From Asterias rubens (Eukaryota), in NCBI RefSeq assembly GCF_902459465.1, contig NC_047062.1, positions 21,142,001 through 21,206,000 on the forward strand: a stretch of 64,000 bases of DNA, in the 5' to 3' direction. Every line of letters begins with the position of its first letter. Position 1 is the stretch's first letter. The notes beneath the pieces are model-generated. The model saw only the letters and a list, made by a program, of their open reading frames with translations. It was not told the origin of the DNA and made no database searches. Positions 1 through 11,790 of the stretch are shown here, one piece after another. The position numbers were made by a program, and so were the translations under genes.

Positions 1-149
1 TATTGGACATGAAGAGTGGCGACAGCATCCCGATAGCTTCTAATGTATAGACATTTAGATGAAGTAGTGGTCTATTAAGCTTAGCTGTTCGTGGCTTTAA
101 TATAAATTGTTATCAAATAATTTAAGTAGGTCTGTAAGACTACACTAGG

Positions 150-665
150 ACCATTTATCAAATGATTAAGGGATCCCTTACTCATTAATAGATCCATAGA
201 GCTGCTTCAGTGGTGATTTTGGTGTCATCCAAGGTTTTTCATTGCTTTTTAAGCAGGAGGGGTACCTCATCTTTGTAATGGGCAAGGCATATTTTGTTGC
301 TTTACAGCAACATTTTGTAAATAACAAAAAGCTTTTTGAGGTAAAGACCTTTGACTTCACTTCCCCTTCAAGTTCACTTCATAATCTTTGCATGATTAAT
401 GTCAACATATTGAAATACATCTATAGGACTATATTATATTGGACATAGCCCCTTTTTTTGTTACAACTTGTACGATAATTTTAGTTGGCCCTTGGGCATG
501 TGTGTAGACTTTTAACAAGAGCATGGGAATACCATTGATAAGGTTGGCCATTGACTCCACAACCACGGATGCATAATTTCCAGTTTGATCCTCTATCCAA
601 AAAAACACACAATGAACGATTGATAGAGCCCATTCGGATGTAGTCTGCTCAACAGACCCATTCAT
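150..665 (-). mobile_element. Possible highly decayed non-LTR retrotransposon fragment (endonuclease-RT linker region)
   Basis: Broken minus-strand frames include ...LKSNEKPWMTPK..., resembling the KPW(M/I)T motif upstream of RT in L2/CR1/Jockey-type LINEs. No splice structure. Recognised from memory only. Confidence 0.3.
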
Positions 666-905
666 ATATCATTATGATCACCCGACTACTCTCAAACCAT
701 TATTCGTCCGTACGTACAGAAAAAGGCTCCCTCGACACCTTGCTAAAAGAATTGTTTAAAATTTTCAAAATTCAGCATCACCTCGAACACTTGCCCCTCT
801 GTATTTTATAACTCCACGATTTTACAGTATGTAGGCCAACAGTATTGCCAGGAATAAATACAACCAATTTTTATTCTTCCTGATTAGTATTCATTGTAAT
901 GCATT

Positions 906-1490
906 TAATAATAATAATGCATCTATCTAGTGTACAAGACTCTATTCCGAGGCGCAGAACAAAGAACAAAACATATACAACAAAAAAGATAAAGAATACA
1001 ATAACAAATTATACAATGAATAATCTAAGTCAAGACATGTAACAAGCTAAGTGTATGAGGATTTAAATAAATGAGGTTTTCAGCAAGTTTTTAAACAATG
1101 GAAGAGAACTACAGCATCTGATGTTATTAGTTAAAGCGTTCCAAAGTTAAGGAGCACAAGCAGAAAATGCATATCGCCAAACAATGTACGCAATGTGTGT
1201 CATGATTGAACGTATACACCTGATCTACACACGTGTTCTGGCTATCAAGTAAAGGGAGGTTGATAACAGAAACAATGGTGTAAGACAATCTAACAGCTCC
1301 CTAATGATTGACTTTCTGGTGGTGAGAACATCTTCAGCAGAGTTAATGAGGTCTAAAATGCATGGTATTAAATACAGTTTGACATGGTTTGACAGAACAC
1401 TTCATTATCTTGGACTGATTACAATACAACACACACATGGCCAGCATGGTAAAATGTTATGTAATCCAATTTATAAGCCTGACTAGCCTA
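906..1490 (-). mobile_element. Decayed L2-clade LINE 3-prime end
   Basis: Minus strand reads RYAFSACAP*LWNALTNNIRCCSSLPLFKNLLKTSFI, matching the L2 ORF2 C-terminal pattern (RAFSxxAPxLWNxLPxxIR...FKxxLKTxLF). It is followed by a GCGCCT..GAG segment and a (TAT)n tail at about 906-918. Confidence 0.55.
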
Positions 1491-2288
1491 GATGGGGGAT
1501 AAAGGCAATCATTATTACAGGATGGGAGGGACTAATGGTGGTCCTGATAATTGCTTGTCAGTCCACACTTTTAGTACTGGGTACACTTATTGTCTTAATG
1601 ATTTTTTAAAAGCACTATCTATCAACACTGTATTTCTTGTTCAGGACAAGACTTGTACCAAGCTTGGAATACCACAGAGACCACTATGTAGGTTATCTGG
1701 ACTTGGCCTTGGTGCCCCTTGAGATGGTTCACACAGACTTTAAGATTTTAGAAGTGGTGCCCTAAAAATGAAAAAACAAATGCATTCTGAAGTTTTCAAC
1801 AATGATGTTTTGAGCACGATTTTAATTTAAAACCACTAAAATTAGCTTAGGTAGAGAACAACAGTATTTAACAAGTAAAACGTGACCAAAAACAGCAAAC
1901 AATTAACATTCACTTCTTCAGTGACAAAGTCACTAGTAAACTCACATTACAGTAATTGATTGTTCAAATTACAATAAAACTATTGCCTACACCACCAGGG
2001 CCATACAACAGTCTAATAGGCAAACTAAAAAGCCTTTAAACATAAATTAAATAAACTTTCTCTGGATAATATAACAACTTCAATGCATGAATTGTGAGAC
2101 CCAAAAGGTAACACAGTTATGATGATGTAGATTGTTTGTATTTTGTACTTGAATATTGAAGTTGTAGTAGGCCTACTGCACTTTAGTTAGTAGGCCTAGT
2201 GTGCCAATACTTCAATCATACATATGACATACATATCAATAATTGTTTGTTGACTTGTTGTTATTTTGGTTTTTACAACAACCCATTT

Positions 2289-2424
2289 GGGAAAAGTTTC
2301 CGTATGGCGCCACCACGTTTCATTCAAAATGAAATAAAAACAGGATCTAATTGACCTCAATGAGATATATCCCTTTTTGTAAAAATGAGTGAAAAAGTGG
2401 TGGCGCCATATGGAAAGTTATCCC
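2289..2424. mobile_element. 136-bp MITE with 28-bp TIRs and a 6-bp target-site duplication
   Basis: Left end GGGAAAAGTTTCCGTATGGCGCCACCAC; right end GTGGTGGCGCCATATGGAAAGTTATCCC (25/28 match in reverse complement). Direct repeat CCATTT at 2283-2288 and 2425-2430. Confidence 0.8.
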
Positions 2425-2802
2425 CCATTTGTTCCAATATTTTCTCACTAACATGAATTTATAAACTTGTAAATCTCATTCGATAACAAGGAATAAACAC
2501 AGGCCACATTACAAGTGAAACACACTGATGTGCAGTGCAGGCATACTCTATGGTGCAGGCAACCAGCTCACAGGCCGGCCTGTCGACCTTGTTGTGCATG
2601 GTGATGTCTTTCGTCCATCGTCGTGGGCATCGTCACAAATTCAATCCACTGTTCTATCACACAAGTTTTATGTTTTACAAACACAGTATTACAACATAAC
2701 CAAATGAAACATTATACTCACACAACTGTATTAATCCTCTTCCGTTTTTATCTCACTTCACGACAGAATGTTTAATTCGTCCAGATTTTGTAGCCAGCTC
2801 AC

Positions 2803-2831
2803 TTTCTCTCGAATGAGACTCCCGTCTCCAT
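2803..2831 (-). CDS. Putative first coding exon (METGVSFER+2 nt) of an unidentified gene head-to-head with CCSAP
   Basis: Minus-strand ATG at 2831 in context GAAATGG, then 9 codons plus AA, then a strong donor AA|GTGAGC at 2802. It lies in a CpG-richer promoter-like segment. No downstream exon found in the window. Confidence 0.35.
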
Positions 2832-3103
2832 TTCCGAAGGCAGAAAGTAATAATAGATTATACGGTCCGGAGTATAAGTAAATTGTACCGCCTGCACATT
2901 AAGTTTTAATTCCTACGACGCGTTAGGATAAAATAAAAAAAAATTAAACTATAGAGGGCGGTATACTGTACTGAAATTGAGGGCGATGCTGAGGGTACGG
3001 ACGGGTGCGCTCTATGTTTTGCATGATTGTAAAATGTAATGTAAGCAGTAGTCTGCAAACGCTCCATTTTAAACCAAGAAGTTTCATTCGCTTCGAAGGG
3101 ACT
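2832..3103. promoter_or_regulatory. CCSAP promoter / non-coding exon 1, probably bidirectional
   Basis: Locally CpG-enriched; YY1-like CCATTTT at about 3064-3070; consensus donor ACT|GTGAGT at 3103/3104, upstream of the CCSAP acceptor at 3748-3749. Confidence 0.4.
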
Positions 3104-3753
3104 GTGAGTATCCCATTTTTATTCGTTTTTATTTAAGTAATCGTAAGTGTGCCCCTTTCTTCACATCAAAGTTGATAAAAATCTGACCGTGCAATCTCCA
3201 TAAAAAGTAACGTTATTTTTTATTTTAACAGTTTCACTAACTATTCTACCTCCATGCTTAGACTAATGCCAGTATTCATAAGTGCCAGTAACTGGGGCGC
3301 TGTATTCCTTTTTCGAAATTTTGACATGTTAACAACTAATCTAATAATCACTACATACACACACGACCAGCTAAAGAGCTAGGAACTGTAGCTGTAGTCT
3401 CGTGACATTCGTAAAGTTCATCTGTTCATAATTTCAATTCAACCATACTACCATGACTCATGAGGTAGGTTCAACCATTCCTCCATGGTTCAACTTGTGT
3501 TGAAATCACCTTTGGTTGGCCGCACAAGTATATATACAATTTTGAAATGGCTGCCGAATAAAAATACATGATTTCGGGGGAAAAGATTAGTTTCATCAGC
3601 AAGATCTCCAACTGAGACTTGTGCCTGAGACAAGACCACATCATTTTGAGATGTCAACAAAGTCCCTTGAGACCGAGACCTCCAACACTTGGTTGTGTAC
3701 AGATTTGCACATGCATTTACAATTTTGTTTTTATTTTATTTACTCACAGCACC

Positions 3754-5262
3754 ATGGTGTTCACAAGGAGTGAGTACAGAAAGCAGTATAAAGACCCCAT
3801 ATGGAATGGCCACTTCCCGCACTACAAAGAGAAGGTCGACTATCGAGTCTACCGCCGTAGGATGGAACATCACCATGAGATCTTTGACTGGGATTCTTCA
3901 GACAGTGAGAATGATCAGGGTGACATCGGAGCAGCCCCTAACAACAGCCGTACAGCCCCTAACAAGAACAACAACCAGGGACAGGAATATGAAAGAAGAG
4001 TACCACCACATCGGACTGATGAACCACAAACACAGTCTGAGATGCGTCAAGAGCAAGATGTACCCCAGCCAGACCAAGGTTCATATTTAGTGTAGTTTGA
4101 TGTTACAATTGTCACAAGCTTTACTGTCGAGTTCCAACTCAAATAAATGCTCAAACTTTTCCTATACAAGTATTGTTGGAAGTTGATAAAAAGTTATAGT
4201 GACAAGAAAACATCTTGTCACGATTTAAGGCTGTTTTTAAGCAGAATTTTGTTTTTCTTAGCAAATATGAGCAGGACCAGTTACAGATGGGACATGTGAA
4301 GTAGTATGTTTGGCCATTGACCTTCTGGTTAGCACAACTTTTTAAGTAGGTCTATGAAATTGGGCCCATGGTCAGGGCAACAAAGTTTAGCCCCACATTT
4401 TGAGTATCATGCATAACCAGGAATCATGCACTTGTAACCAGGAATCGCATGTTAATGCTTACATGTAAAGAATTCTTGAATTTGTCTGGAAACTTTCCAT
4501 TCTAATTTCATAAAGTGTGGTTCCCCTTTTTAAACTCAGTTTTACAGCGAGTGAAGCCACTTCGTCTCAAAAAGCCCAAGCCACAGAGAGATGTTAGAAC
4601 AGCAGCAGCCAGGCCTCATACTGCACCAGGAGGCAAGAGAGTTGATGTGGGGAAGGAGAGAGCACCTATGATTGCATTTGGTTGGGCCGATAGAGAACTC
4701 AAAACTGGATCCAAAAAGACGCACAATATCAAGGCATCTGCAGATGTGAGAATCTTGTATTTACTGGTGCTCTGAGTTTCTGAAGCTCCCTCTAGACCAT
4801 TTCATTTTATAAATTGTCATTATGGTGGCCCCTTAAATAGTTCAAAAGATTGAAGAAGTTAAATCATAATTGAATAAGAGTCAATCTAATTGGAAAACAT
4901 ATGCAGAATTTTGATTTACCAAGTTTCCAATGCCCACTTTTTGCATTTCCTTCAACAAAAGCAAAGTAAAAAGTCTGCGGGAGCCAAATAAGTTGATCTG
5001 GCTATATTCTAAGAACTTGAACCTTAATCCACTTCCACTTATTAAATTGGACTCTGTTCTGAATTCCACCTAGCCACTACAGATCTACCCGTCTGCCCTG
5101 AGAGCCATGCGACGAAGAGAGCTAGACATCCAACGACAACAGGAACAAGACAAACAAAGCCGCAAGGAGCAGAAGCTCAGAGCTTTGTTCAATATCCAAC
5201 CAAGAGACGACACAATGTGGACAACGGAGTATAGACGAAACTTCATTGGTCCATCACGGTAA
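3754..5262 (+). CDS. CCSAP: Centriole, cilia and spindle-associated protein (CCSAP/C1orf96) ortholog, 236 aa
   Basis: Coding exons 3754-4078, 4540-4745 and 5083-5262; GT-AG introns, phases 1 and 0; 711 nt in total. N-terminus MVFTRSEYRKQYKDPIW...YRVYRRRMEHHHEIFDWD parallels human KSEYMKRYQEPRW...YRLGRRLLEQAH..W.WD. C-terminal AFGWADRELKTGSKKTHNIKASAD-IYPSALRA...WTTEYRRNF parallels LYGWGEKQTDTGSQKTHNVCASA..IHESALRA...WMTEYMRCY (human sequence from memory). Adjacent to RAB4, as in human. Confidence 0.9.
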
Positions 5263-5560
5263 CAGGGCCAATGAAGAATTCCAAGAGCTGAAGTACGACA
5301 CTCTGTGGACAACGGATTATAGACGAAACTTCATTGGTCCATCACGGTAACAGGGCCAATGAAGAATTCCAAGAGCTCAAGTACGACACTCTGTGGACAA
5401 CGGAGTATAGACGAAACTTCATTGGTCCATCACGGTAACAGGGCCAATGAAGAATTCCAAGAGCTCAAGTACGACACTCTGTGAACAACAGAGTATAGAC
5501 AAAACTTCATTGGTCCATCGCGGTAACAAGTCCGTCCAATGAAGAAAGCTCAAGAGCTTG
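5207..5560 (+). repeat. 4 x 88-bp tandem repeat spanning the CCSAP stop codon
   Basis: The TGGACAAC anchor falls at 5218, 5306, 5394 and 5482 (TGAACAAC), an exact 88-bp period. Units differ by a few substitutions. Confidence 0.95.
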
Positions 5561-5804
5561 TAAACACAGTTATATAAACCACAAAGAGAACTCGTTGAAA
5601 AAAACTTTGCTAGGTCCGTTCTGCGGCTTGAATTGAAGAAGTTTTGAGATGCTACATAGCAGCCGACTTACATGTAGAAGGTGAAAATAAACTGGTGGAA
5701 ATTTAACCAGTATACCTGATGCCATAGACATGTTGTTACCGTCTGTAACATGTGAACTTTAACACTATTTAACAGTCTGCGATTAGATGATGATTAGTAA
5801 TATA

Positions 5805-6065
5805 ATAATATCAAAGTCTTATATAGCGCACATATCTCCCAAACAATGTACTCAAGGCGCTGAGTGTATACAAACTTTCAGAAAGATAGGTTATGGAAGT
5901 GATGAATTCTGAGACCCAGTTATTTAGCACCTTATAAGGGTTTACAAGGTGCTACGGCGCATACAGTAGCCACAGCCAGGATTATCGGGGTGAACCCCCC
6001 TCTCTTTTTGATAAGTGCACTGGATTCTTTTACATGCATTACAAAACGCATGGGACCACATGGGA
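5805..6065 (-). mobile_element. Deu-domain-like SINE remnant (3-prime half)
   Basis: Minus strand GTAAAAGAATCCAGTGCACTTATCAAAAAGAGAGGGGGGTTCACCCCGATAATCCTGGC resembles the DeuSINE/AmnSINE core. It ends in an L2-type tail, GCGCCTTGAG...GCGCTATATAAGA...TATTATTA. Confidence 0.55.
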
Positions 6066-6902
6066 TTATCAAGATTGTGCACACAATTATACTTAGTTTT
6101 GCTATAGATACTGTTTCGAGATACACAAGGGTAATTATGCATTGTTGACAGTAGATATTCAAAACTGAAATTTAATCATTTTCGTTTTGAATTCTCATTG
6201 CTAAAACATTTATGTCCTGGGGGATATTTGTTCTGTCCTTGAGGGATATTTAAGTGTAGGAAATAATACTTTATTTAGTCAAAGTTGCTTTTTACTTTAG
6301 AAAGCCAGGCCGGGCAGTGTCTGCTGGCCAAATGCCAGTCAAAACACTCGATGAACAGTCAAACTTCATTTGAGTCGAAGTGGTCTGGCAGGATAGTTCA
6401 TTGATGAAAAGCATCCCTACTGAATGTTAAGTATGGACTAGTGAAATGACAAGCTGACTAGTCCAGCTGACAACCTTGTAGGGGTAGTCAATAACTAGGT
6501 ATGTTTCTTTTCGTTAAAAAATATATTTTACAAAACACACACAGGTTCGTCAAAACTAGTGTCATCAACGGTGTCTTGAGGTCGCTGATTAACCTTGTAT
6601 TACACTAGTCTTTAACGCCTCTATTCTGAATGGTTATTAATGTAGTTGCCAACCACTACATGCCAGATTAAAATGTATTGAATTATTTTTTTAAATGGAT
6701 GATTTTTTATTGTACATGTATATAAATTATTTTACATTATAAGTGATTATGGTTTAAGTTTTTGTATGGAAAGTTCACCTTTCTTGTGCCTTAATTTTAT
6801 GAAATAAGGTTGAATTTTTACACTTTTGCAGCTGTACAGTAGCATAATTAATCACTTCCGCACAGGCAAATTTTTTTTCTGACACACGTCCATTGTTTTA
6901 CT

Positions 6903-7010
6903 GAAAATGATTTTTGGGTTGAACAAAGAATTGACTTGAGTGGGATTCAAACAAATGACCTCCGGATTAATGTGCCGGCGCTCTACCTACTGAGTTATCT
7001 AGCCCTATCT
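6903..7010 (-). mobile_element. tRNA-derived SINE 5-prime head
   Basis: Minus strand GGGCTAGATAACTCAGTAGGTAGAGCGCCGGCAC...TTGTTTGAATCCCACTCAAGTC has an A-box and a degenerate B-box, with no complete cloverleaf. Confidence 0.5.
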
Positions 7011-7402
7011 TTACTGAAAAGAAAATTTTGCAGAAAGTTCAAAAAGCTAAGAATATGATTGCTATCCATTCAGATGATGTTGTGAACAGTTTAATGTCGG
7101 AGCACTTTGGATATATACTTGTATGAACAAGTATACTTGTATGAAAAATAGAAATGTTTTAGGCATTCTTTGGACAAAGTAACATCTCGGAAATTATTCT
7201 TTCACTTTGGGAAAAAATTAGGTTTTGATGAAATTATTGTCTGGTATAAAAAATTCTACATTTTATAGAGGTTTACTGTGCGAAAGGACATTAAAAAGCT
7301 ATACAACTAACGATGTAAACAAATTAGTTGTACATGTAACTTTTGTTCTTGTTAAAAAAAAATAAAAAATTAAAAATGAAAGGAGTAAAAGAACAATAAC
7401 CA

Positions 7403-7534
7403 GGGGTGGATTTCACAAAGAATTAAGACTAGTCTTATCTCGAGTTAGGACGAGTTACTAGTCCTAACTTAGGATGAGCCATACGTTTTCTATATCTCCT
7501 AGGACTAGTCCTAACTCTTTGTGAAATCGACCCC
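7403..7534. mobile_element. 132-bp MITE (Harbinger-like GGG termini) with internal palindromic ACTAGT repeats
   Basis: TIRs GGGGTGGATTTCACAAAGA / TCTTTGTGAAATCGACCCC (18/19). Confidence 0.75.
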
Positions 7535-9597
7535 ATGGGCTTGAATAAATAAAATCTGTCATATGTTTTGTAGCTCCGAACTGAATGGACCAAGAACTCC
7601 CTTTACAAGACCTAAAATTGTCCGAACAATGGATGCCATAAATGTGAGTACAATTTGCAGAATAAAATCACTCATTGACATTTGGACTGCTTCATTTCAC
7701 GAGGCTATATTGTATGAATAAAATGCATCCTTTGTTTGATACACCGAGAATCAATCAATTACTGGACATTGTTTATGTAAATAATATTTTTATTTGGACA
7801 ACAGCCACATCATCACTGTACATACAGTTTCTATCTTAACGTCTCGGTTCAAACTACAGTACATTGTTACAGCTTTAATAAAAAATACTCCCCCCCTACA
7901 ATGGCATCTGAAGATATTTTGTGATTTCCAAGCGACCCAAAACTTTTTTTCTGAACCTTGGTTCAGGAACCAGCTGAAACTTTGTTTACCATTTTCCTGT
8001 TCCATTTTAAAGCGCTAGCCCCGTAAGCAGAGACTGATGTTTAACATGTTTTAAGCAGTCACTCTAAGCACAGAATGCTGCCTTCAGCAGCCCCATGAAA
8101 TTTGGCCCCGATAAACAAGGGTTTAATCACTCTACTTAATTAATGTGTACATTTATTTTAATTAATGATAACAAGACGTACACACTATTCCTTGCCATAA
8201 GCCACTAACAGGTTCCATTTAGAAAAAGTCTGATAGACTCAAAGACAGTGTTGCTAAGTCACATGGCTCGAGCAAACTTTTGTATAGCTATGGTACATTT
8301 TACCATTGAGCCATACACCTTCATTCAGATTAAGTGGTGCTCGTCTTCTTTTACAAAACTACGCAACTTCTTGTCTAGAACCATGTGACATAGCCATTGT
8401 ATCGACTCAGAGGAAGAAGCAGTCACTTGCGACTGAGCAAGTCATTCCACCAGATATTATTTCATTGTTACTCGCGTATGACATTTTGGAGACTACACCC
8501 ACTAATTTATTTGGAAAAGTATTACAGTACAGGCTGCAACTTGGCAATTGTGTTTCTGCATTTTACAATCGACTCCAAGTGTAAGTCACCCTACATCATC
8601 CTTTCTTAGCTTTCTTAGCAATGACAATACTACCCAACAAAGAAAATGCTTGAGTGCCTATTTTAAATACTGTATCATAAATGAACTTCGTCTCCATTTC
8701 AGGTCGAAAACACCAGTGAAACCTTTCAAAATTTGTCCATCACCGCACCATAACTGACATAGTAACATACAAACAACTTAATATGCATTTTGGAAAGAAA
8801 AGCTCCTCATTGAACAATACACATGAAAGAATAATGTAATATACAAAACATGCATTACATCTATTCAACATGTCCTCTTTTTTAACAGCTGAATCATTTG
8901 AATCATCAACAAATTTCAATAAAATTAATTGCTTCACATTAGTCAAATATCATAATTTATTGAATTATAAAGTGCCATCATTTATATGTACTCTATTCTT
9001 AGCAACAGACATGAGCATCTCGTACAAAAAAAAAAGAATCGTCTACAAAAAAATACGCATCAGACAGTTAAATATTATTATTAAATTGCTATACATCTTG
9101 ACATTAATAACTGAAAAACTGAATCTGTACATTTGTATCCACACAAATAATCTGATTTTTAATGCTATTGTTTAAAAGTAACTTTTACGCCCAGAATTTT
9201 CTTCAATTGTACTCTGTAGTGCTGATTTTGTTTTGTTACACTTGCCAGCGCCATCTATCTTGGCCAATTTCATAAAGCCTGAAAGCACAAAAACTTGCTA
9301 AGAGCAGAAACTAATTGCTTAACAAAAAGACAACCAGCCGAAATTCCATAAAGTTTACATTGTCATCACTGGTGCCCATTCAATTTTTGCCTAGCAGAGA
9401 AATTTTTTCAAGTAGTATTTTTTGCTTAACAGTATTCTGGTTCACCGATTCACTAAGTTTATACATTCTTTTCATGAATGCAAAGAAAGATTACTATTGA
9501 AGGCTTATTCTCTTGGATATACATGTACATACAATCAAGTAAAATGGCTATTTACACATATTATATGACAATTAATTAGCAAAGTAATGACAGTTAA

Positions 9598-9997
9598 AGA
9601 GGGGCTCCGAGGTCAAATTGAGTTATGCGAATATATTCCTCATAAAAAACACTTACAAGTGTCTTAACAATAATTAAACGGTGTTAAATACCAAGTGTTT
9701 CATACCCATGCGGTGCAAAATGTTTTGACATACAAACACATCAAAGAGGTAATTTCAAATTCTTTTTAAAACTCCTTTCTGAATATCCATGATTTTAAAT
9801 CAAAACATCATTATTTTTTTGTTGACACCAAATGACTTCATGCTTTAATTTTCGCTGCGGACGAGTATAAAATTCAATGACAATTATAACGTGAAGTAAA
9901 GAGACTAAAAAATTGTTTAAACTCAAACAAGGACTCTATTTGTTGGCATTGGCAAATGAGTGCATCGCAAAACTTAATTCGACCTTAAAGCCCCTCT
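9598..9997. mobile_element. 400-bp TTAA-flanked non-autonomous DNA transposon (Kolobok-like)
   Basis: TTAA|AGAGGGGCTCCGAGGTCAAATTGAGTTATGCGA ... TCGCAAAACTTAATTCGACCTTAAAGCCCCTCT|GTAA; imperfect TIR of about 33 bp; right TSD has one mismatch. Confidence 0.7.
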
Positions 9998-10186
9998 GTA
10001 AACAAATGTAATGTTAGTCTCTACATCATACAGATTGTTGGTGATTAGGCCTATTGGTGATATACAATGCCATATAACGTTACTTCTAGCCTAGCAAATA
10101 TTGAGGTGAAGTTGTGTGAAGCTTAAGACTGGACATGATGTAATGGAACATGTAGAAGGGCCTGCCTTCAGAACTTGAGACACTAT

Positions 10187-10355
10187 GGCCCTTTTCAAAA
10201 CCACGGCTTCGGATTCGGCTTGAGGCTCCGTCCTCTCGTCTGAAGCCCTGAGACTGAGTGCGCATACGCAAAGCACGCGCAATTGTCAAAACAACCGGCG
10301 GGGCCAAGCTAGCCTGAGCCGAACCCAAAGCCGTAGTCGTCACCTGGAACCGGCC
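10187..10355. mobile_element. GC-rich MITE of about 170 bp
   Basis: Inverted repeat ACCACGGCTTCGGATTCGGCTTGAGGCT vs AGCCTGAGCCGAACCCAAAGCCGTAGT; GGCC at both ends. Confidence 0.6.
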
Positions 10356-11599
10356 ATACTCTCCTTGCGCAGTTTATAAAAACAACCAAAGCAAAGGTTT
10401 TTTCCGCAAACCACAAAGTTCTTCAGCTAACCAGAATTTGGACAGTATCATATCAACTGCTTACAATCTGACAGTATTTTAAGTATCAGTTTCGACACTT
10501 CAAGTTAGATTTGAAAGTGGGGGGTGTCTTGAAAGTCAGTTTTTTTCGATGACTTCCAAACCATTGATCAGCAAACAAAGCAACAAGTTGGGTTCATACC
10601 TCCTGCAAATGCGAAACGAATTTTGACATCACAAATTCACAACAAATAATCGTGTCAGTTGAAAACTGCTCAACACTTGCAAAACATTCGCTGTGAAAAC
10701 AGGGCTGTGGCATCAAAATTGGCTTCGCATTCGCAGGATGAACCAGGCTTTAGAAGTCGTTTTCTCAAGACTTCCGATGTTTTTTGTAAGAGAAAAATAC
10801 ACCTCAGCACACAATTCCAACTACTGTTCGTATTAATATTAACATGTACACGGCTATCACCATTTCATTCCTTCAAAAATGTTAACATCATTCAGTATAT
10901 ATTAAAGCGTCATCTATATTTATTGCGCCTGCATTCATTTTTATCGGACCTAAAATCTCAGCGGTGATTTTGGGGTGTTACCTAAACTATGCATTTGTGA
11001 CATACAAATTATGAAAGTGATTGAAAGTACAAGAAAAAACAATTCATCTTGATGGTAATACTAATTTATACATTGGACTATTTACACTTTTTTTAACATG
11101 ATGAATGAGCTTTCCGAGCAGCTAGGAATTTCTCATTCTGGTAAACATTTTGAATGCCTTCTTAAAAGCTGTTGTTTTACAGTTTCTGTACCAAAATGGA
11201 GTCAAACATGGAAAGGTTTTCGTTCTTGTAAAAATATGATGGAAATACAAATATTAATTCCAGTTCGTTCATTAAGAATTTATGCAGGCGTGATGCTTTG
11301 TTCCTGAAAGGGCATGGGCACCACGTAATTTTCTCCTTTTGTAAAGGGCACCTCCTTGAGGAAGTTGGAAATATTTGTTGGAACGTTACAAGGGGCACCA
11401 AGGTAATTGCCTCCACTGCTTCTGTAAAGCATTCAGGCTTGTGTATGATTACAAAACTATCTTCTAGGTGCTTTCTGAGCTCTTAAGAAGAAATCCCCAG
11501 GGCAACTCTTAAAAGATTCTTCATTCTATTATAATAATAATGACTAGTTTTGGAGGCTAATAATCCTTACTCGCAACAGAGTAGGTGAATTTTGAACAT

Positions 11600-11790
11600 C
11601 ACAGCCGCAAGTATGCAAGTTCACATTTAGTAGCCAGCCAAGCTGGCGGGTCTGGAGAAAAACCTCATGGCACAGGCAAGAACCATTGATACAAAACTCT
11701 ACTTACATGTACGGCCCCAGTTTGGAATCGAACCAGGGCTCTGCGGGGAAGTGGTAAGCGCGGTAGCACTAGCCATTCATGCCATCCAAC
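11600..11790 (-). mobile_element. Decayed tRNA-derived SINE
   Basis: Plus strand ...GGAGAAAAACCTC...GGAATCGAACCAGGG...AAGCGCGGTAGCACTAGCCA is the reverse complement of a B-box/A-box SINE head. Confidence 0.35.

Noticed and set aside
3619-3753. Upstream extension of the CCSAP ORF reported in the ORF track
   Set aside because: It runs through a pyrimidine tract and acceptor (AG 3748-3749). Homology starts at the ATG at 3754.
7700-9600. Assignment of poly(A) sites and 3-prime UTR ends for CCSAP and RAB4
   Set aside because: There are many AATAAA/TTTATT hexamers in AT-rich DNA, and they cannot be chosen between without transcript data.
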